Assembly (NCBI GenBank): GCA_013415695.1
Contig: JAAEEP010000004.1
Coordinates: 2,324-66,323 of the forward strand
DNA: 64,000 nt
Source of the DNA: Methanomassiliicoccales archaeon
Lineage (GTDB): Archaea > Thermoplasmatota > Thermoplasmata > Methanomassiliicoccales > JAAEEP01
Direction of reading: 5' to 3'
How positions within the stretch are numbered: position 1 is the stretch's first letter; the number at the start of each line of letters is the position of its first letter. Below, one piece after another: positions 9,283 to 18,691 of this stretch. The notes beneath the pieces are model-generated. The model was not told the origin of the DNA and ran no database searches. It worked only from the letters and a program-made list of their open reading frames with translations. A program made the position numbers and the translations under genes.

Positions 9283-10467
9283 ATGCTGGCTTTGGAAGAG
9301 GGTTACGATCTAGAGAACACAGGGCTCAGGGGCGTGAGCGCTGCGACCACTAGGGTTAGCATGGTTGACGGTGAAAGGGGACAGCTCTTCTACCGCGGAT
9401 ACAACATAGAAGATCTCGCAACGAAATCGAACTTCGAGGAGGTCGCCTACTTGCTGGTCCACCAGAAGATGCCCAACAGGAAGGAGCTTGAAACCTTCTC
9501 AAGAACTCTCGCGGAAAGGAGGAAACTCCCGGGAAAGCTTCTATCCATGCTTGAGAACTATCCAAAAAGCGCCTGGACGATAGATGTCCTTCAGTCAGCT
9601 GTAGCCGTCATGGGGGACCTGATACTCTACAAGGAAAAGGGAACGAGAGAGCTTGACTTGCAGCAAGGGACATCCATAATCGCTAAGATGCCATCACTGG
9701 TGGCAGCCTGGTACAGAATGAAGAATGGATTGGAAATTGTGCAGCCGGATCAGGGGCTCTCGCACGCCGCGAGCTTCCTGTACATGCTCAATGGAGAGAA
9801 ACCGGAACCTGAGATGGCCAGAGTATTCGATGCCTCTATGGTGCTGCACGCAGAACACACCTTCAACGCTTCCACATTCACTGCAAGGGTGATCGCTTCC
9901 ACGGGAGCTGACATCTTCGCTGCGGTTTCGGGCGCTATTGGTTCCCTGTCAGGAGAACTCCATGGTGGTGCTAATGAAAAGGTCATGCTCAATCTAATGA
10001 ATATCGGGGAGCTTGAGAAGGTGGAAGCCTGGGTCAACGAAGCCCTCGAAAAGGGTGTGAGAATCGCCGGCATGGGGCACGCCGTCTACAGGACCATGGA
10101 CCCTAGGGCTCGGATCATCAGGACTATGCTCGATGATCTTCCCGACAAAGGAGGGAAGTGGCTGGAAATGAGCAGGATGATAGCCGATATCTCTCATCAG
10201 CAGATCCTGGAAAGGAAGGGCCTGTCACTATACCCTAATATCGACCTCTACAGTGGTGCGCTCTACTACTCGCTTGGCATTCCATCGGTTCTGTTCACCC
10301 CTGTATTCGCAGTTGCTCGTACCACAGGATGGGTAGCTCACTTCTTGGAAGAGAAGTATCCTACACCTCCCGTCAAACCTGTACTCTACCGTCCTTCCGC
10401 TACCTACATCGGACACTACCACGGTGATACTGGGCGAAGATATATCCCCATTGATGATAGGAAATAA
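9283..10467 (+). CDS. gltA: citrate synthase (Si-type) / 2-methylcitrate synthase family
   Basis: 394 aa. Contains VLHAEHTFNASTFTARV and GMGHAVYRTMDPRA, the catalytic His regions of the citrate synthase family. Confidence 0.9.
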   Translation: MLALEEGYDLENTGLRGVSAATTRVSMVDGERGQLFYRGYNIEDLATKSNFEEVAYLLVHQKMPNRKELETFSRTLAERRKLPGKLLSMLENYPKSAWTIDVLQSAVAVMGDLILYKEKGTRELDLQQGTSIIAKMPSLVAAWYRMKNGLEIVQPDQGLSHAASFLYMLNGEKPEPEMARVFDASMVLHAEHTFNASTFTARVIASTGADIFAAVSGAIGSLSGELHGGANEKVMLNLMNIGELEKVEAWVNEALEKGVRIAGMGHAVYRTMDPRARIIRTMLDDLPDKGGKWLEMSRMIADISHQQILERKGLSLYPNIDLYSGALYYSLGIPSVLFTPVFAVARTTGWVAHFLEEKYPTPPVKPVLYRPSATYIGHYHGDTGRRYIPIDDRK

Positions 10468-10593
10468 ATATCTCGATCGCCCCATAAACAATCAACCGAT
10501 TATCTGGGACGGAAATCAACGACCCAGAGCTCAAGCTAAGTAGAGGCTTGAAAGGAATACTTGAATCTGCTGCCTCTTAGGGTCCCGTCGATT

Positions 10594-10923
10594 TCACTCG
10601 GGCGCAGCTGCCATCACTACCATGACCACGATTGCTAGCAGCAATATGAGCGCCGCAGGAGGCCAGTATTCCATTGAAAGAAACACAAGAATCCCCATTG
10701 CGATGACAGATGCGGCTGCCACTACGGTGCCCTTCTTGCCCTTTCTTCTCCTTTTCGCTACGGCCTTGGGTGCTTCCTTCAGTATGACCTTGCCTTTGAA
10801 CTGATATCCACAGTGAGGGCAAACGTCTACTTCCCAGGGTACTGACTGGCGACAGCTAGGACAGGTTGGCTCGATTATCTCCTCATAAGGTGTCTCCTCG
10901 ACCACATCTGATGTGATACCCAT
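10594..10923 (-). CDS. zinc-ribbon membrane protein, function unknown
   Basis: 109 aa. Has CPSCRQ...CPHCGY, then a Lys/Arg-rich linker and two hydrophobic segments. Confidence 0.55.
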   Translation of the reverse strand: MGITSDVVEETPYEEIIEPTCPSCRQSVPWEVDVCPHCGYQFKGKVILKEAPKAVAKRRRKGKKGTVVAAASVIAMGILVFLSMEYWPPAALILLLAIVVMVVMAAAPE

Positions 10924-11456
10924 ACTGATTAAACCCCCCTTTACTCCGTTTGGTAAGAAGAATTATTGACCCGTTGATATATAGAGTTGTTGATAAACAT
11001 CTTTCTTAACGGAATCTCGAGTACAATATTCGTGATAGGATTCCAGTTTTAATCAAGATGTCCGATGTCGAGAAGAGAGTCCTATTAATCTTCGCTCATA
11101 ACTCAGCCAGTTTCCAGAAAGCGGAAGTATTAATGAACGACTGAAAGAGGGGTAAGTACAAGAGAGAAAGCATAGGCACGGAGCTCAGAAAGGTCAACGC
11201 CTATGCATTAATGACGATGGACTAGATGGACATCGACATCTTCAAACGCCTGTCCAAGAACCATGATTTGTCCGATGGTCGGGACTTCGACTTCACGGTC
11301 ACGGTATGCTTCAATGATCCTTATCAGAAGTCTGGATCAGAGGAAGGGATCATTCAGGAGTTCGGGTGGGTCAGCGAAGTTATCTGGAATTGCTTGAAGG
11401 ACAATTTCTAGTGGCCAAACAGGTTTTATAGTTGAGTCGACCCAGTAAGTATATCG

Positions 11457-12557
11457 ATGAGAAGCAAAGCATTCTCGACCTGCCGACTTTGCGGTTCTGA
11501 GCGAATGGAGATATCCTTAGAGCTGGGCGTATGTAGGGAGTGCTTGCTTCAAGAGGAGAAGGCTAGAGCGATTGCAGAGCTGGTGCATAACAAGAGTAGG
11601 AGACGATTCGGCCTTCTCGAGTCCCCTCCAGGGAAAGGCATTCCATGCGGCCAGTGCGGAAATGGTTGCTCGATACCTACTGGAGAAACTGGTTACTGTG
11701 GAGTGAGGTGGGCCAAGAATGATGAGGTGTTGGGTCTGCCTAACCAAGAAGCTCTGGTCACTGCATATGATGATCCACACCCCACTAATTGCGTGGCGGA
11801 TTGGGTATGTCCAGGAGGAAGCGAAGTCGGATTCCCGAGGTACTCGCACACTCCAGGACCAGAGAGGAGATTCGTGAACCTGGCCGTATTCTACGGAGCC
11901 TGCACATTCGACTGCCTCTTCTGCCAGAACTGGCATTTTCGAGAGATGACGAGCTCCCTCCAACCAAGAATGTCTTCAGAATCAATAGCACGTATGGTCA
12001 GTCCAATGACCTCTTGCATCTGTTTCTTTGGTGGAGATCCCACTCCTTTCATTCAGCATTCAATATCTGTGGCCGAGCTTTCCAGAGAAGTGAAGGGGAT
12101 CAGAAGGATGTGTTGGGAGACCAATGGGTCAATGTCCTCAAAATGGGCATTGAGAATAGGTGAAATAGCCTTAGAGACAGGGGGGTGTGTCAAGATCGAC
12201 CTAAAGGCGTTTGACGATCGAATGCACAGGGCACTGTGTGGAAGGAGCAATAGTCAAACACTGGAGAACCTGAAAATCCTTGGTGAGATGACTGATAAAA
12301 GAAGGGAAGTGCCTTTGCTGGTGGTCTCGACGCTCATGGTTCCGGGTTACGTGAACGAGGATGAGATCACCTTGATCTCCAACTACCTTGCAGAAATCGA
12401 TCCTACGATCCCTTATTCTCTTCTTGCATTCCACCCTGCCTACTTGATGAACGATCTTCCCACCACCTCGAGGAGTCAGGCGGAGGCGTGCTTCAACGCG
12501 GCATTAGAGGCCGGAATGGAGAATGTCAAGATAGGTAATGAATGGCTGTTACGGTGA
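11457..12557 (+). CDS. radical SAM enzyme, PflA-like / AmmeMemoRadiSam-like activase family
   Basis: 366 aa. Radical SAM cluster motif CTFDCLFCQNW. N-terminal Cys pairs CRLCGS..CRECL and CGQCGNGC...GYCGVR. C-terminal LLAFHPAYLMNDLPTTS is typical of COG1180 proteins. Confidence 0.8.
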   Translation: MRSKAFSTCRLCGSERMEISLELGVCRECLLQEEKARAIAELVHNKSRRRFGLLESPPGKGIPCGQCGNGCSIPTGETGYCGVRWAKNDEVLGLPNQEALVTAYDDPHPTNCVADWVCPGGSEVGFPRYSHTPGPERRFVNLAVFYGACTFDCLFCQNWHFREMTSSLQPRMSSESIARMVSPMTSCICFFGGDPTPFIQHSISVAELSREVKGIRRMCWETNGSMSSKWALRIGEIALETGGCVKIDLKAFDDRMHRALCGRSNSQTLENLKILGEMTDKRREVPLLVVSTLMVPGYVNEDEITLISNYLAEIDPTIPYSLLAFHPAYLMNDLPTTSRSQAEACFNAALEAGMENVKIGNEWLLR

Positions 12558-12628
12558 TTTTGCGTGTCTGATATATTCATCCGTCATTAGTATTGTCCGA
12601 AATTCGTAATTAAACCTACGATATCATA

Positions 12629-14416
12629 ATGGAATGCTTCGGATATCATCTACCATTTTTGTACATTGACCATTACGGGACAGATTTGCTAGGCAATGTT
12701 TATTTAAGGAATTTCCGAAGGGGGTTGGCCAGGGTACAACCCTGCGGCCAATGGATTGATAATATCTGTGGAGGCCATTCATTGAAGCCTGCTGAACTCC
12801 AGGAACTGATCGAGACCATCAATAACCTGCCCAGTATGCCGAATGTCACAATACCTAATCATTCTGATCTTAGGAGGGAGGCCGAGCAGTATGCCCAAGT
12901 CACAGAGTTTGGCAACCATGCTTTCGCTTCTTGCGTCAAGAACCGATCGGCGGGACTTACCGTCTACATTGGTGAGGGGGAGATACCCCAGAAGAAACTC
13001 AATTCCGACCAGGAATCCATCCTCCGGAAACTTCCAAAGACCCTTGAAAAAGTACGGAGATACCTGGAGAAGGCTCCCCTATATCAACTGAGACTCACAA
13101 TGGGTGATAATTCGGAGTTCACCCCCCATTGCACCATGTTCCTCTCCAGATACAAGAAGGAATGCTGCAGGCTTGCGTACATGGCGGCCCAGACCCTTTT
13201 CGAGCGAAGTGACACACCGGGTCCAGAGATGACCCTGATCGACATACCTGAGTGGCAGGAGAAGGATAGGCAGATCCTGGTGTTCCCCGATGAGCGGCTA
13301 ACATTGGTGCTCGGTAGCGATTACTATGGGGAGGTGAAGAAGGGGTTCCTTCGAATGGCCATGTGGGAGGCCAAGAAGAGGGGGATGCTGGGCCTTCACG
13401 CAGGCTCAAAGATGATACGAGCCATGGGCAGAGATGGCAAGCTCAGAAGGATTGGAATGATCATTTTCGGTCTGACCGCCACGGGTAAAACAACGCACTC
13501 CTGCCACAATCATGATCTAGATGGCGAAGGGGAGGGCGTTGAGATCGTTCAGGATGATGTTGTATTCCTTCACAAGGACGGCTCGGCCCTCGGCAGTGAG
13601 CGGGGTTACTTCATCAAGACCGACGGTCTCACACTTGATGACCAACCCCTCCTGTACCACGCGGCGAGTCAGAAGGACGCGCTCTTCGAGAACGTGCTTG
13701 TGGATTATCAGGGAAAGGTGTACTTCCAAGACGAGACCCTCACTGGAAACGGTAGAGGAATTATCCAGAGACGCGACCTTGGAGACAGCATGAGCCCCAA
13801 GATCAACCTTCCATCACTGAAGGAGATGGACAAGCTAATCGTGGCCTTCATCACCAGGAGGAACACCGTTCTGCCTATTGCGACCAGGCTTACTCCGGCC
13901 CAGGCAGCTGGTGCCTTCATGTTGGGAGAATCGATCGAGTCAACCGGGGGGGATCCCAAAAGGGCAGGAGATTCCGTCAGGGTAGTGGGAACCAACCCAT
14001 TCATCATCGGTGACGAGTCGACTGAGGGCAACTGGTTCTATGACTTTCTGATGGAGACCAAGGAAAAGGTAGAATGCTACCAGTTGAACACTGGTGGCGT
14101 TGGTGAGATAATGGAGAGACTTCCTGATGGCACAAAGAAGATGATTAGGAAGGTCACCAGAGTTGAGATATCCGAGATGGCGAGCATCATCCGGGGAATA
14201 TGCAGGGAGACCATAGACTGGATAGGTGAACCCAACTTCGAGACCATGGTTCCCAGAAGTGTCGAAGGAGCGGATCTGGACCGTTTGGACCCTCTCAGAT
14301 TCTACGAGAAGGAAGAGGTGGAGAAGATGGTCAGACAACTCAGAAAAGAGAGAGTGGATTACATGTTGAGGTTCAAGAATCTCAATAAGGACATATTGGA
14401 TTCGTACACTGAGTGA
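12629..14416 (+). CDS. pckA: phosphoenolpyruvate carboxykinase (ATP)-family protein, divergent
   Basis: 595 aa. Has GSDYYGEVKKGFLRM (family: G-x-YAGEMKK) and the kinase-1a-like FGLTATGKTTHS (family: GLSGTGKTT). Downstream comes LFENVLV...TLTGNGRG (family: ENV...TENTR). The true start may lie downstream of 12629. Confidence 0.7.
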   Translation: MECFGYHLPFLYIDHYGTDLLGNVYLRNFRRGLARVQPCGQWIDNICGGHSLKPAELQELIETINNLPSMPNVTIPNHSDLRREAEQYAQVTEFGNHAFASCVKNRSAGLTVYIGEGEIPQKKLNSDQESILRKLPKTLEKVRRYLEKAPLYQLRLTMGDNSEFTPHCTMFLSRYKKECCRLAYMAAQTLFERSDTPGPEMTLIDIPEWQEKDRQILVFPDERLTLVLGSDYYGEVKKGFLRMAMWEAKKRGMLGLHAGSKMIRAMGRDGKLRRIGMIIFGLTATGKTTHSCHNHDLDGEGEGVEIVQDDVVFLHKDGSALGSERGYFIKTDGLTLDDQPLLYHAASQKDALFENVLVDYQGKVYFQDETLTGNGRGIIQRRDLGDSMSPKINLPSLKEMDKLIVAFITRRNTVLPIATRLTPAQAAGAFMLGESIESTGGDPKRAGDSVRVVGTNPFIIGDESTEGNWFYDFLMETKEKVECYQLNTGGVGEIMERLPDGTKKMIRKVTRVEISEMASIIRGICRETIDWIGEPNFETMVPRSVEGADLDRLDPLRFYEKEEVEKMVRQLRKERVDYMLRFKNLNKDILDSYTE

Positions 14417-14480
14417 ATCCCTCTTTATCAGACATTATTCAAGAACTGATTTCACCATTGCCTCAGGAAAGATAATTTAC

Positions 14481-15095
14481 TTGTTCTTCATTGAAACACA
14501 CAAGTCACGAGGTGGGAACCTGAAAGCCCTGATCATGAATGGAGGCGAACCTGACGACGTGCTGTTGAAGGAGATCGCCGAGTTTCTCTCGAAAGCTTTG
14601 GGAGAAGAGGATTGGGAGATAGACATCCTTGAACTGGGAGATATGGAAATAGCCGGATGCATGGGATGTTTTCGGTGCTGGATAGAGACCCCTGGGATTT
14701 GCGTGACTGATGATATCTCAAGGGAGATCACCCGGAAGATGATATCCAGTGATCTGCTCATCTATTTGACACCGATAGTCTTCGGCGGATACTCGTATCA
14801 TCTGAAGAAGGCGGTTGACCGCATGATATCCAATGTCCATCCATTCTTCGTGAAGGTCAATGGTGAGATCCACCACGGAAAGCGATATGATCGATACCCT
14901 TCATTAACTGGCATAGGAATAATTGATTATCACAGCGAGCCAGAAGAGAGGACATTCAGGGAATTGGTTGCCCGAAACGCGATGAACATGCACGCACCCA
15001 GATTCTCATCAGCAGTAATTGTCAGAACCAATACCGCAGAATCGAGACAAGAGAATCTTGTGAAACCTCTCAGGAATGTGGGGGTAGTCGAATGA
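14481..15095 (+). CDS. iron-sulfur flavoprotein (ISF)-like flavodoxin-fold protein
   Basis: 204 aa. Compact cysteine motif C-MG-C-FR-C-WIETPGI-C, i.e. CX2CX2CX7C, the ISF-type [4Fe-4S] signature. Flavodoxin-like strand LKALIMNGG. The start is uncertain (TTG 14481 or ATG 14535). Confidence 0.65.
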   Translation: MFFIETHKSRGGNLKALIMNGGEPDDVLLKEIAEFLSKALGEEDWEIDILELGDMEIAGCMGCFRCWIETPGICVTDDISREITRKMISSDLLIYLTPIVFGGYSYHLKKAVDRMISNVHPFFVKVNGEIHHGKRYDRYPSLTGIGIIDYHSEPEERTFRELVARNAMNMHAPRFSSAVIVRTNTAESRQENLVKPLRNVGVVE

Positions 15096-15766
15096 CCATC
15101 AAGAAAGCCCTTCTTTTAGTAGGGAGTCCCAAGGGGAATGGGAGCAATTCTTACTCGTTAGGATCTTTTCTCATGAAGAAACTTAGCGAAAATGGGGTTG
15201 AGACAACCACCATGATGGTCAAGGACATGCTTGGGTCTGAGGGGAGGATCAAAGATATGCTTAGGGAGATCGATATTACAGAGCTCATTGTCCTAGCCTT
15301 CCCGCTTTATGTCGACAGCCTTCCCGCTATGGACATCAAACTTCTCCAAATCATCTCAGAACACCGCTCCGGTTCAACCGATAAGAAAGGATTCATTCCG
15401 ATAGTGAATTGCGGATTTCCCGAGGTACACCATAATGGAACCGCGATATCCATATGCAGAAACTTCGCCTCAAGGGCGAATCTTGAATGGAGAGGTGGTC
15501 TTTCTCTAGGGGGTGGAATGGCCATTGCCAGTAGACCATTGGAAGAAACTGGTGGTGTTACTCGTAACATTATCAAGTCCCTGAAGATGGCCGCCCAATC
15601 TCTAGCCATGGGAGAGCCGATACCGAAGGAATCTGAGGAGAGGATGGCCCTTCCCGTCGCCCCCAAATGGATATTCATAAGAGTGGGTAACAGATGGTGG
15701 AAGAAGCAAGCGAAGGAGAACGGGGTTGAGAATGAGCTGAATGCTCGTCCGTATGCCGATGATTAG
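15092..15766 (+). CDS. flavodoxin-fold NAD(P)H-dependent oxidoreductase-like protein
   Basis: 224 aa. N-terminal KKALLLVGSPKGNGSNSY is typical of the FMN-reductase/flavodoxin_2 fold. An ATGA start/stop overlap links it to the preceding ISF-like gene. Confidence 0.6.
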   Translation: MTIKKALLLVGSPKGNGSNSYSLGSFLMKKLSENGVETTTMMVKDMLGSEGRIKDMLREIDITELIVLAFPLYVDSLPAMDIKLLQIISEHRSGSTDKKGFIPIVNCGFPEVHHNGTAISICRNFASRANLEWRGGLSLGGGMAIASRPLEETGGVTRNIIKSLKMAAQSLAMGEPIPKESEERMALPVAPKWIFIRVGNRWWKKQAKENGVENELNARPYADD

Positions 15767-15914
15767 TACCCTACGATCCTAGATCTGGAAGCTGGATCGA
15801 CGTCCCCCCTATGACCTGTATTTATAGCAAACAAGTTATCAATTCGGGCAGGCCATCGGTTTTCGACCTTGGTGCGAGTGATAGGAAGACCTTCCTATTG
15901 CTGGGAGGAAGAGC

Positions 15915-16055
15915 TCAAGACATCCAGTTGGCATATGCGCATTGTATGCAGCGCTCTGCCACTAGTTCTTCGTCCTGAAAAAGCTTCTCGGTTCTCGCTC
16001 CACAGAACGGGCAGGATTCATCCGAAAGCTCCTCTCGATCTACCTGCACCTCCAT
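15915..16055 (-). CDS. small zinc-ribbon protein (46 aa), not in ORF track
   Basis: Own translation gives MEVQVDREELSDESCPFCGARTEKLFQDEELVAERCIQCAYANWMS*. It has two CxxC pairs. An A/T-rich TATA-like AATAAAAAT lies about 30 nt upstream on the minus strand. Confidence 0.4.
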   Translation of the reverse strand: MEVQVDREELSDESCPFCGARTEKLFQDEELVAERCIQCAYANWMS

Positions 16056-16363
16056 GATGGCAGTGATTTAGCATCCCTCCGGAGATTTTTATTCTCCGTG
16101 TTAAAACAAATAGTGCATTCTACTTATAGATTTTGAATTGAGATGGCCATCTGAGAATCGAATGGAGTTGATGGTACTAGAGTAAGAAGCGAGTTGAAGA
16201 AGTCTTTCCCAGCAACTTCAATTCATCAGGACGCCCTGCTTGAACTCCTCCCAACATATCTTGTTGATGAACTCGCGGAGGCGCTTCTTTGGATCCAACT
16301 CTAAGTCTTTATGGTGTTAATAGTTAGATATTGAATGATTAGATCGAATGCCTCATGGGTTCT

Positions 16364-17065
16364 TCATTTTCCGGACTGATCATCAGGTTCAGCACATATC
16401 TGGGTCCAGTCCCTGGCCTTCAACCGCTTTCCTGTGACCATGTACGCCACCCTCTCTCCGATATTCACCGAGTGATCTGCGATCCTTTCCAGGTATCTAG
16501 CCACCAGAATGTAGTATGTCCCAAGGGTTGTCTTCCTGGGATCCTCCATCATGTAGGATAACGTCTCTCGGAGGATACTCTCCCAGAGATGATCCACCTC
16601 GTCGTCCTTATCGTATAGTTCTTGGGCTTCCTCGGCATTGCGGTGAACGTAGCTCTCGACCGCCTGCGTGACCATGGCCACCACCTTCTCCCCCATGAAT
16701 GGAATGGAGACCAGCTTCTTGAAGTGTGTTTGATCGTGGAAGTTCTCCGTGAACTCTGCAATGTCGAGCGCATAGCGACCTATTCGATTGAGATCAGTGA
16801 TGATCTTCAAGCATGTGGAGACTGTTCTGAGGTCACTAGCAACGGGAGCATGGAGAGCGATCACATCCAAGCAATGTTTCTCGATACGGATGTCCCAGCA
16901 GTAGATCTCAACGTCAAGCTGTTCCACCTCATTCATGAGGTCCTTGTCCATTTTCACGAAAGCTCTAACTCCTTTCTCGATGGCCTCGACCGCCAGACGG
17001 GCCATCTGAGCGACCTCGTAATCCAGCTTCTCGAGTTCCTCGGTGAAAACTCTCCTCGATGTCAT
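16364..17065 (-). CDS. phoU: phosphate transport system regulator PhoU
   Basis: 233 aa with two PhoU repeats (conserved ...RIGRYALDIAE... and ...RIADHSVNIGE...). It sits immediately downstream of pstB. Confidence 0.9.
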   Translation of the reverse strand: MTSRRVFTEELEKLDYEVAQMARLAVEAIEKGVRAFVKMDKDLMNEVEQLDVEIYCWDIRIEKHCLDVIALHAPVASDLRTVSTCLKIITDLNRIGRYALDIAEFTENFHDQTHFKKLVSIPFMGEKVVAMVTQAVESYVHRNAEEAQELYDKDDEVDHLWESILRETLSYMMEDPRKTTLGTYYILVARYLERIADHSVNIGERVAYMVTGKRLKARDWTQICAEPDDQSGK

Positions 17066-17821
17066 TCAACCCATCCTCCCGGTGATATATTGTTCCGTGA
17101 GATCTTCCTTGGGATTCTCAAAGAGCCTCTTGGTGTTCCCGTACTCTATCAGTTTTCCTAAGTAAAAGAAAGCTGTCTTGTCTGCGACCCTTGCTGCCTG
17201 CTGCATGCTATGCGTTACTATGACCACGGTATAGTCTTTCTTAAGATCTATCAGCAGGTCTTCTATCTTCGCTGTGGCTATTGGGTCCAGGGCAGAGCAG
17301 GGTTCGTCAAAGAGCACGATCTCGGGTTTTATCGCCAAAGTCCTGGCAATGCATAATCTCTGCTGCTGACCGCCTGAGAGGCTGTAGGCAGACTTATTCA
17401 ATCGCTCCTTGACCTCATCCCACAGAGCGGCCCGCTTCAGACTCCATTCTACAATGTCAGACAGTTCCTTCTTGTCCCTGACCCCGTGTATCTTGGGACC
17501 ATACGTGATGTTATCGAAAATGGACTTGGGGAAAGGATTGGGTTTCTGAAAGACCATTCCGATCCTCTTCCTAATATCAACGACATCCACATCCTTGTCG
17601 AAGATGTCCTTTCCATCCACAAGGATGTTCCCCTCCGTTATGCATTTGGAAATCGTATCATTCATGCGGTTTATGCTACGTACAAAGGTGGACTTGCCGC
17701 AGCCGGAGGGGCCGATGATAGCGGTGATCATATTCTCTTTGATCTTGAGGTTGACGTCCTTGAGAGCCTGATTTTCATCGAACCAGACGCTGAGGTCGCG
17801 CACATCAATCTTAGTATCCAT
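17066..17821 (-). CDS. pstB: phosphate ABC transporter ATP-binding protein PstB
   Basis: Walker [13 protein letters not shown] signature LSGGQQQR and Walker B IVLFDEP. The 251-aa length is typical of PstB. Confidence 0.95.
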   Translation of the reverse strand: MDTKIDVRDLSVWFDENQALKDVNLKIKENMITAIIGPSGCGKSTFVRSINRMNDTISKCITEGNILVDGKDIFDKDVDVVDIRKRIGMVFQKPNPFPKSIFDNITYGPKIHGVRDKKELSDIVEWSLKRAALWDEVKERLNKSAYSLSGGQQQRLCIARTLAIKPEIVLFDEPCSALDPIATAKIEDLLIDLKKDYTVVIVTHSMQQAARVADKTAFFYLGKLIEYGNTKRLFENPKEDLTEQYITGRMG

Positions 17822-17824
17822 TCG

Positions 17825-18691
17825 TTACCACCTGTATTTCTCTCTGTATTTTTTCCTAATTATGATCGCAAAAAGATTCATTCCTAGTATTATCATTAAA
17901 AGCACCACAGCGGTTCCGTAAGCGATTTGCTTCCCTAATTCCAGATCAGCCATCTGTGTTGACATCGTGAATATGTGATAGGGAAGAGCCATGAACTTGT
18001 CAAAGACAGAGCTTGGAAGTGAACTCATGTAGAACCAAGCTCCCGTGAGAAGGATCGGTGCGGTGTCTCCCGCTGCCCTTGAGAGGGATAGTATGACTCC
18101 AGTCATGATTCCCGAAATGGAGTACGGGAGGATGTGATGCCGTATTGTTTGCCATTTAGTGGCTCCAAGGGCCAATGATGCCTCCCTAAGTGAGTCAGGG
18201 ACTGCCTGGATTGCCTCTCTTGCCGCGGCGATCACCAAAGGAAGGACGAGAAGGCTCAACGTCAATCCCGCTGCTAGCAGACTGAGCCCAAAGTTCAAGA
18301 AGTAAACGAAAAGGCCTACTCCCAACAGACCATATACTACGGAAGGAACTCCGGCTAGATTATGCAGGGCGGTCCTCCAGATTTTCGAGAAGGTCCTAGA
18401 TGGTTGATACTCGACAAGGTATACGGCAGAGAGTACCCCAATAGGTATAGAGACGAAAAGCACGATGGACATGAGGTATAAAGTCCCCACTATGGCGGGA
18501 TATATGCCTCCCTCCTTCATTCCGTCGCGAGGAAACTGGGTGAGGAAATCCCAGCTGATCATGCTTATGCCTCCGCTGAACATGTAGAATAGAAGCACGA
18601 CAAGGGCCAGCACAACTAAGGCTCCGCAAATCCGAAAGAGCATGAAAAGCGTCTTCTCCTTCCGTCTCCTGCGCGCCAGATTGCCGCTCAT
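17825..18691 (-). CDS. pstA: phosphate ABC transporter permease PstA
   Basis: 288 aa and multi-TM. Permease EAA-loop reads EASLALGATKWQT. Its position in the pst operon supports the call. Confidence 0.9.
   Translation of the reverse strand: MSGNLARRRRKEKTLFMLFRICGALVVLALVVLLFYMFSGGISMISWDFLTQFPRDGMKEGGIYPAIVGTLYLMSIVLFVSIPIGVLSAVYLVEYQPSRTFSKIWRTALHNLAGVPSVVYGLLGVGLFVYFLNFGLSLLAAGLTLSLLVLPLVIAAAREAIQAVPDSLREASLALGATKWQTIRHHILPYSISGIMTGVILSLSRAAGDTAPILLTGAWFYMSSLPSSVFDKFMALPYHIFTMSTQMADLELGKQIAYGTAVVLLMIILGMNLFAIIIRKKYREKYRW

Noticed and set aside
11226-11411. A 61-aa plus-strand ORF (MDIDIFKRLSKNHDLSDGRDFDFTVTV...) in the 530-bp gap before the radical SAM gene.
   Set aside because: It could be a real small protein, but I see no motif, RBS or family resemblance. 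That is too weak to call as a feature.
15869-16057. A 62-aa plus-strand ORF overlapping the small zinc-ribbon ORF.
   Set aside because: The featureless translation includes an SSWHMRIVCSALPLVLRPEK-type string. The opposite-strand 46-aa ORF has a coherent double CxxC architecture and is preferred.
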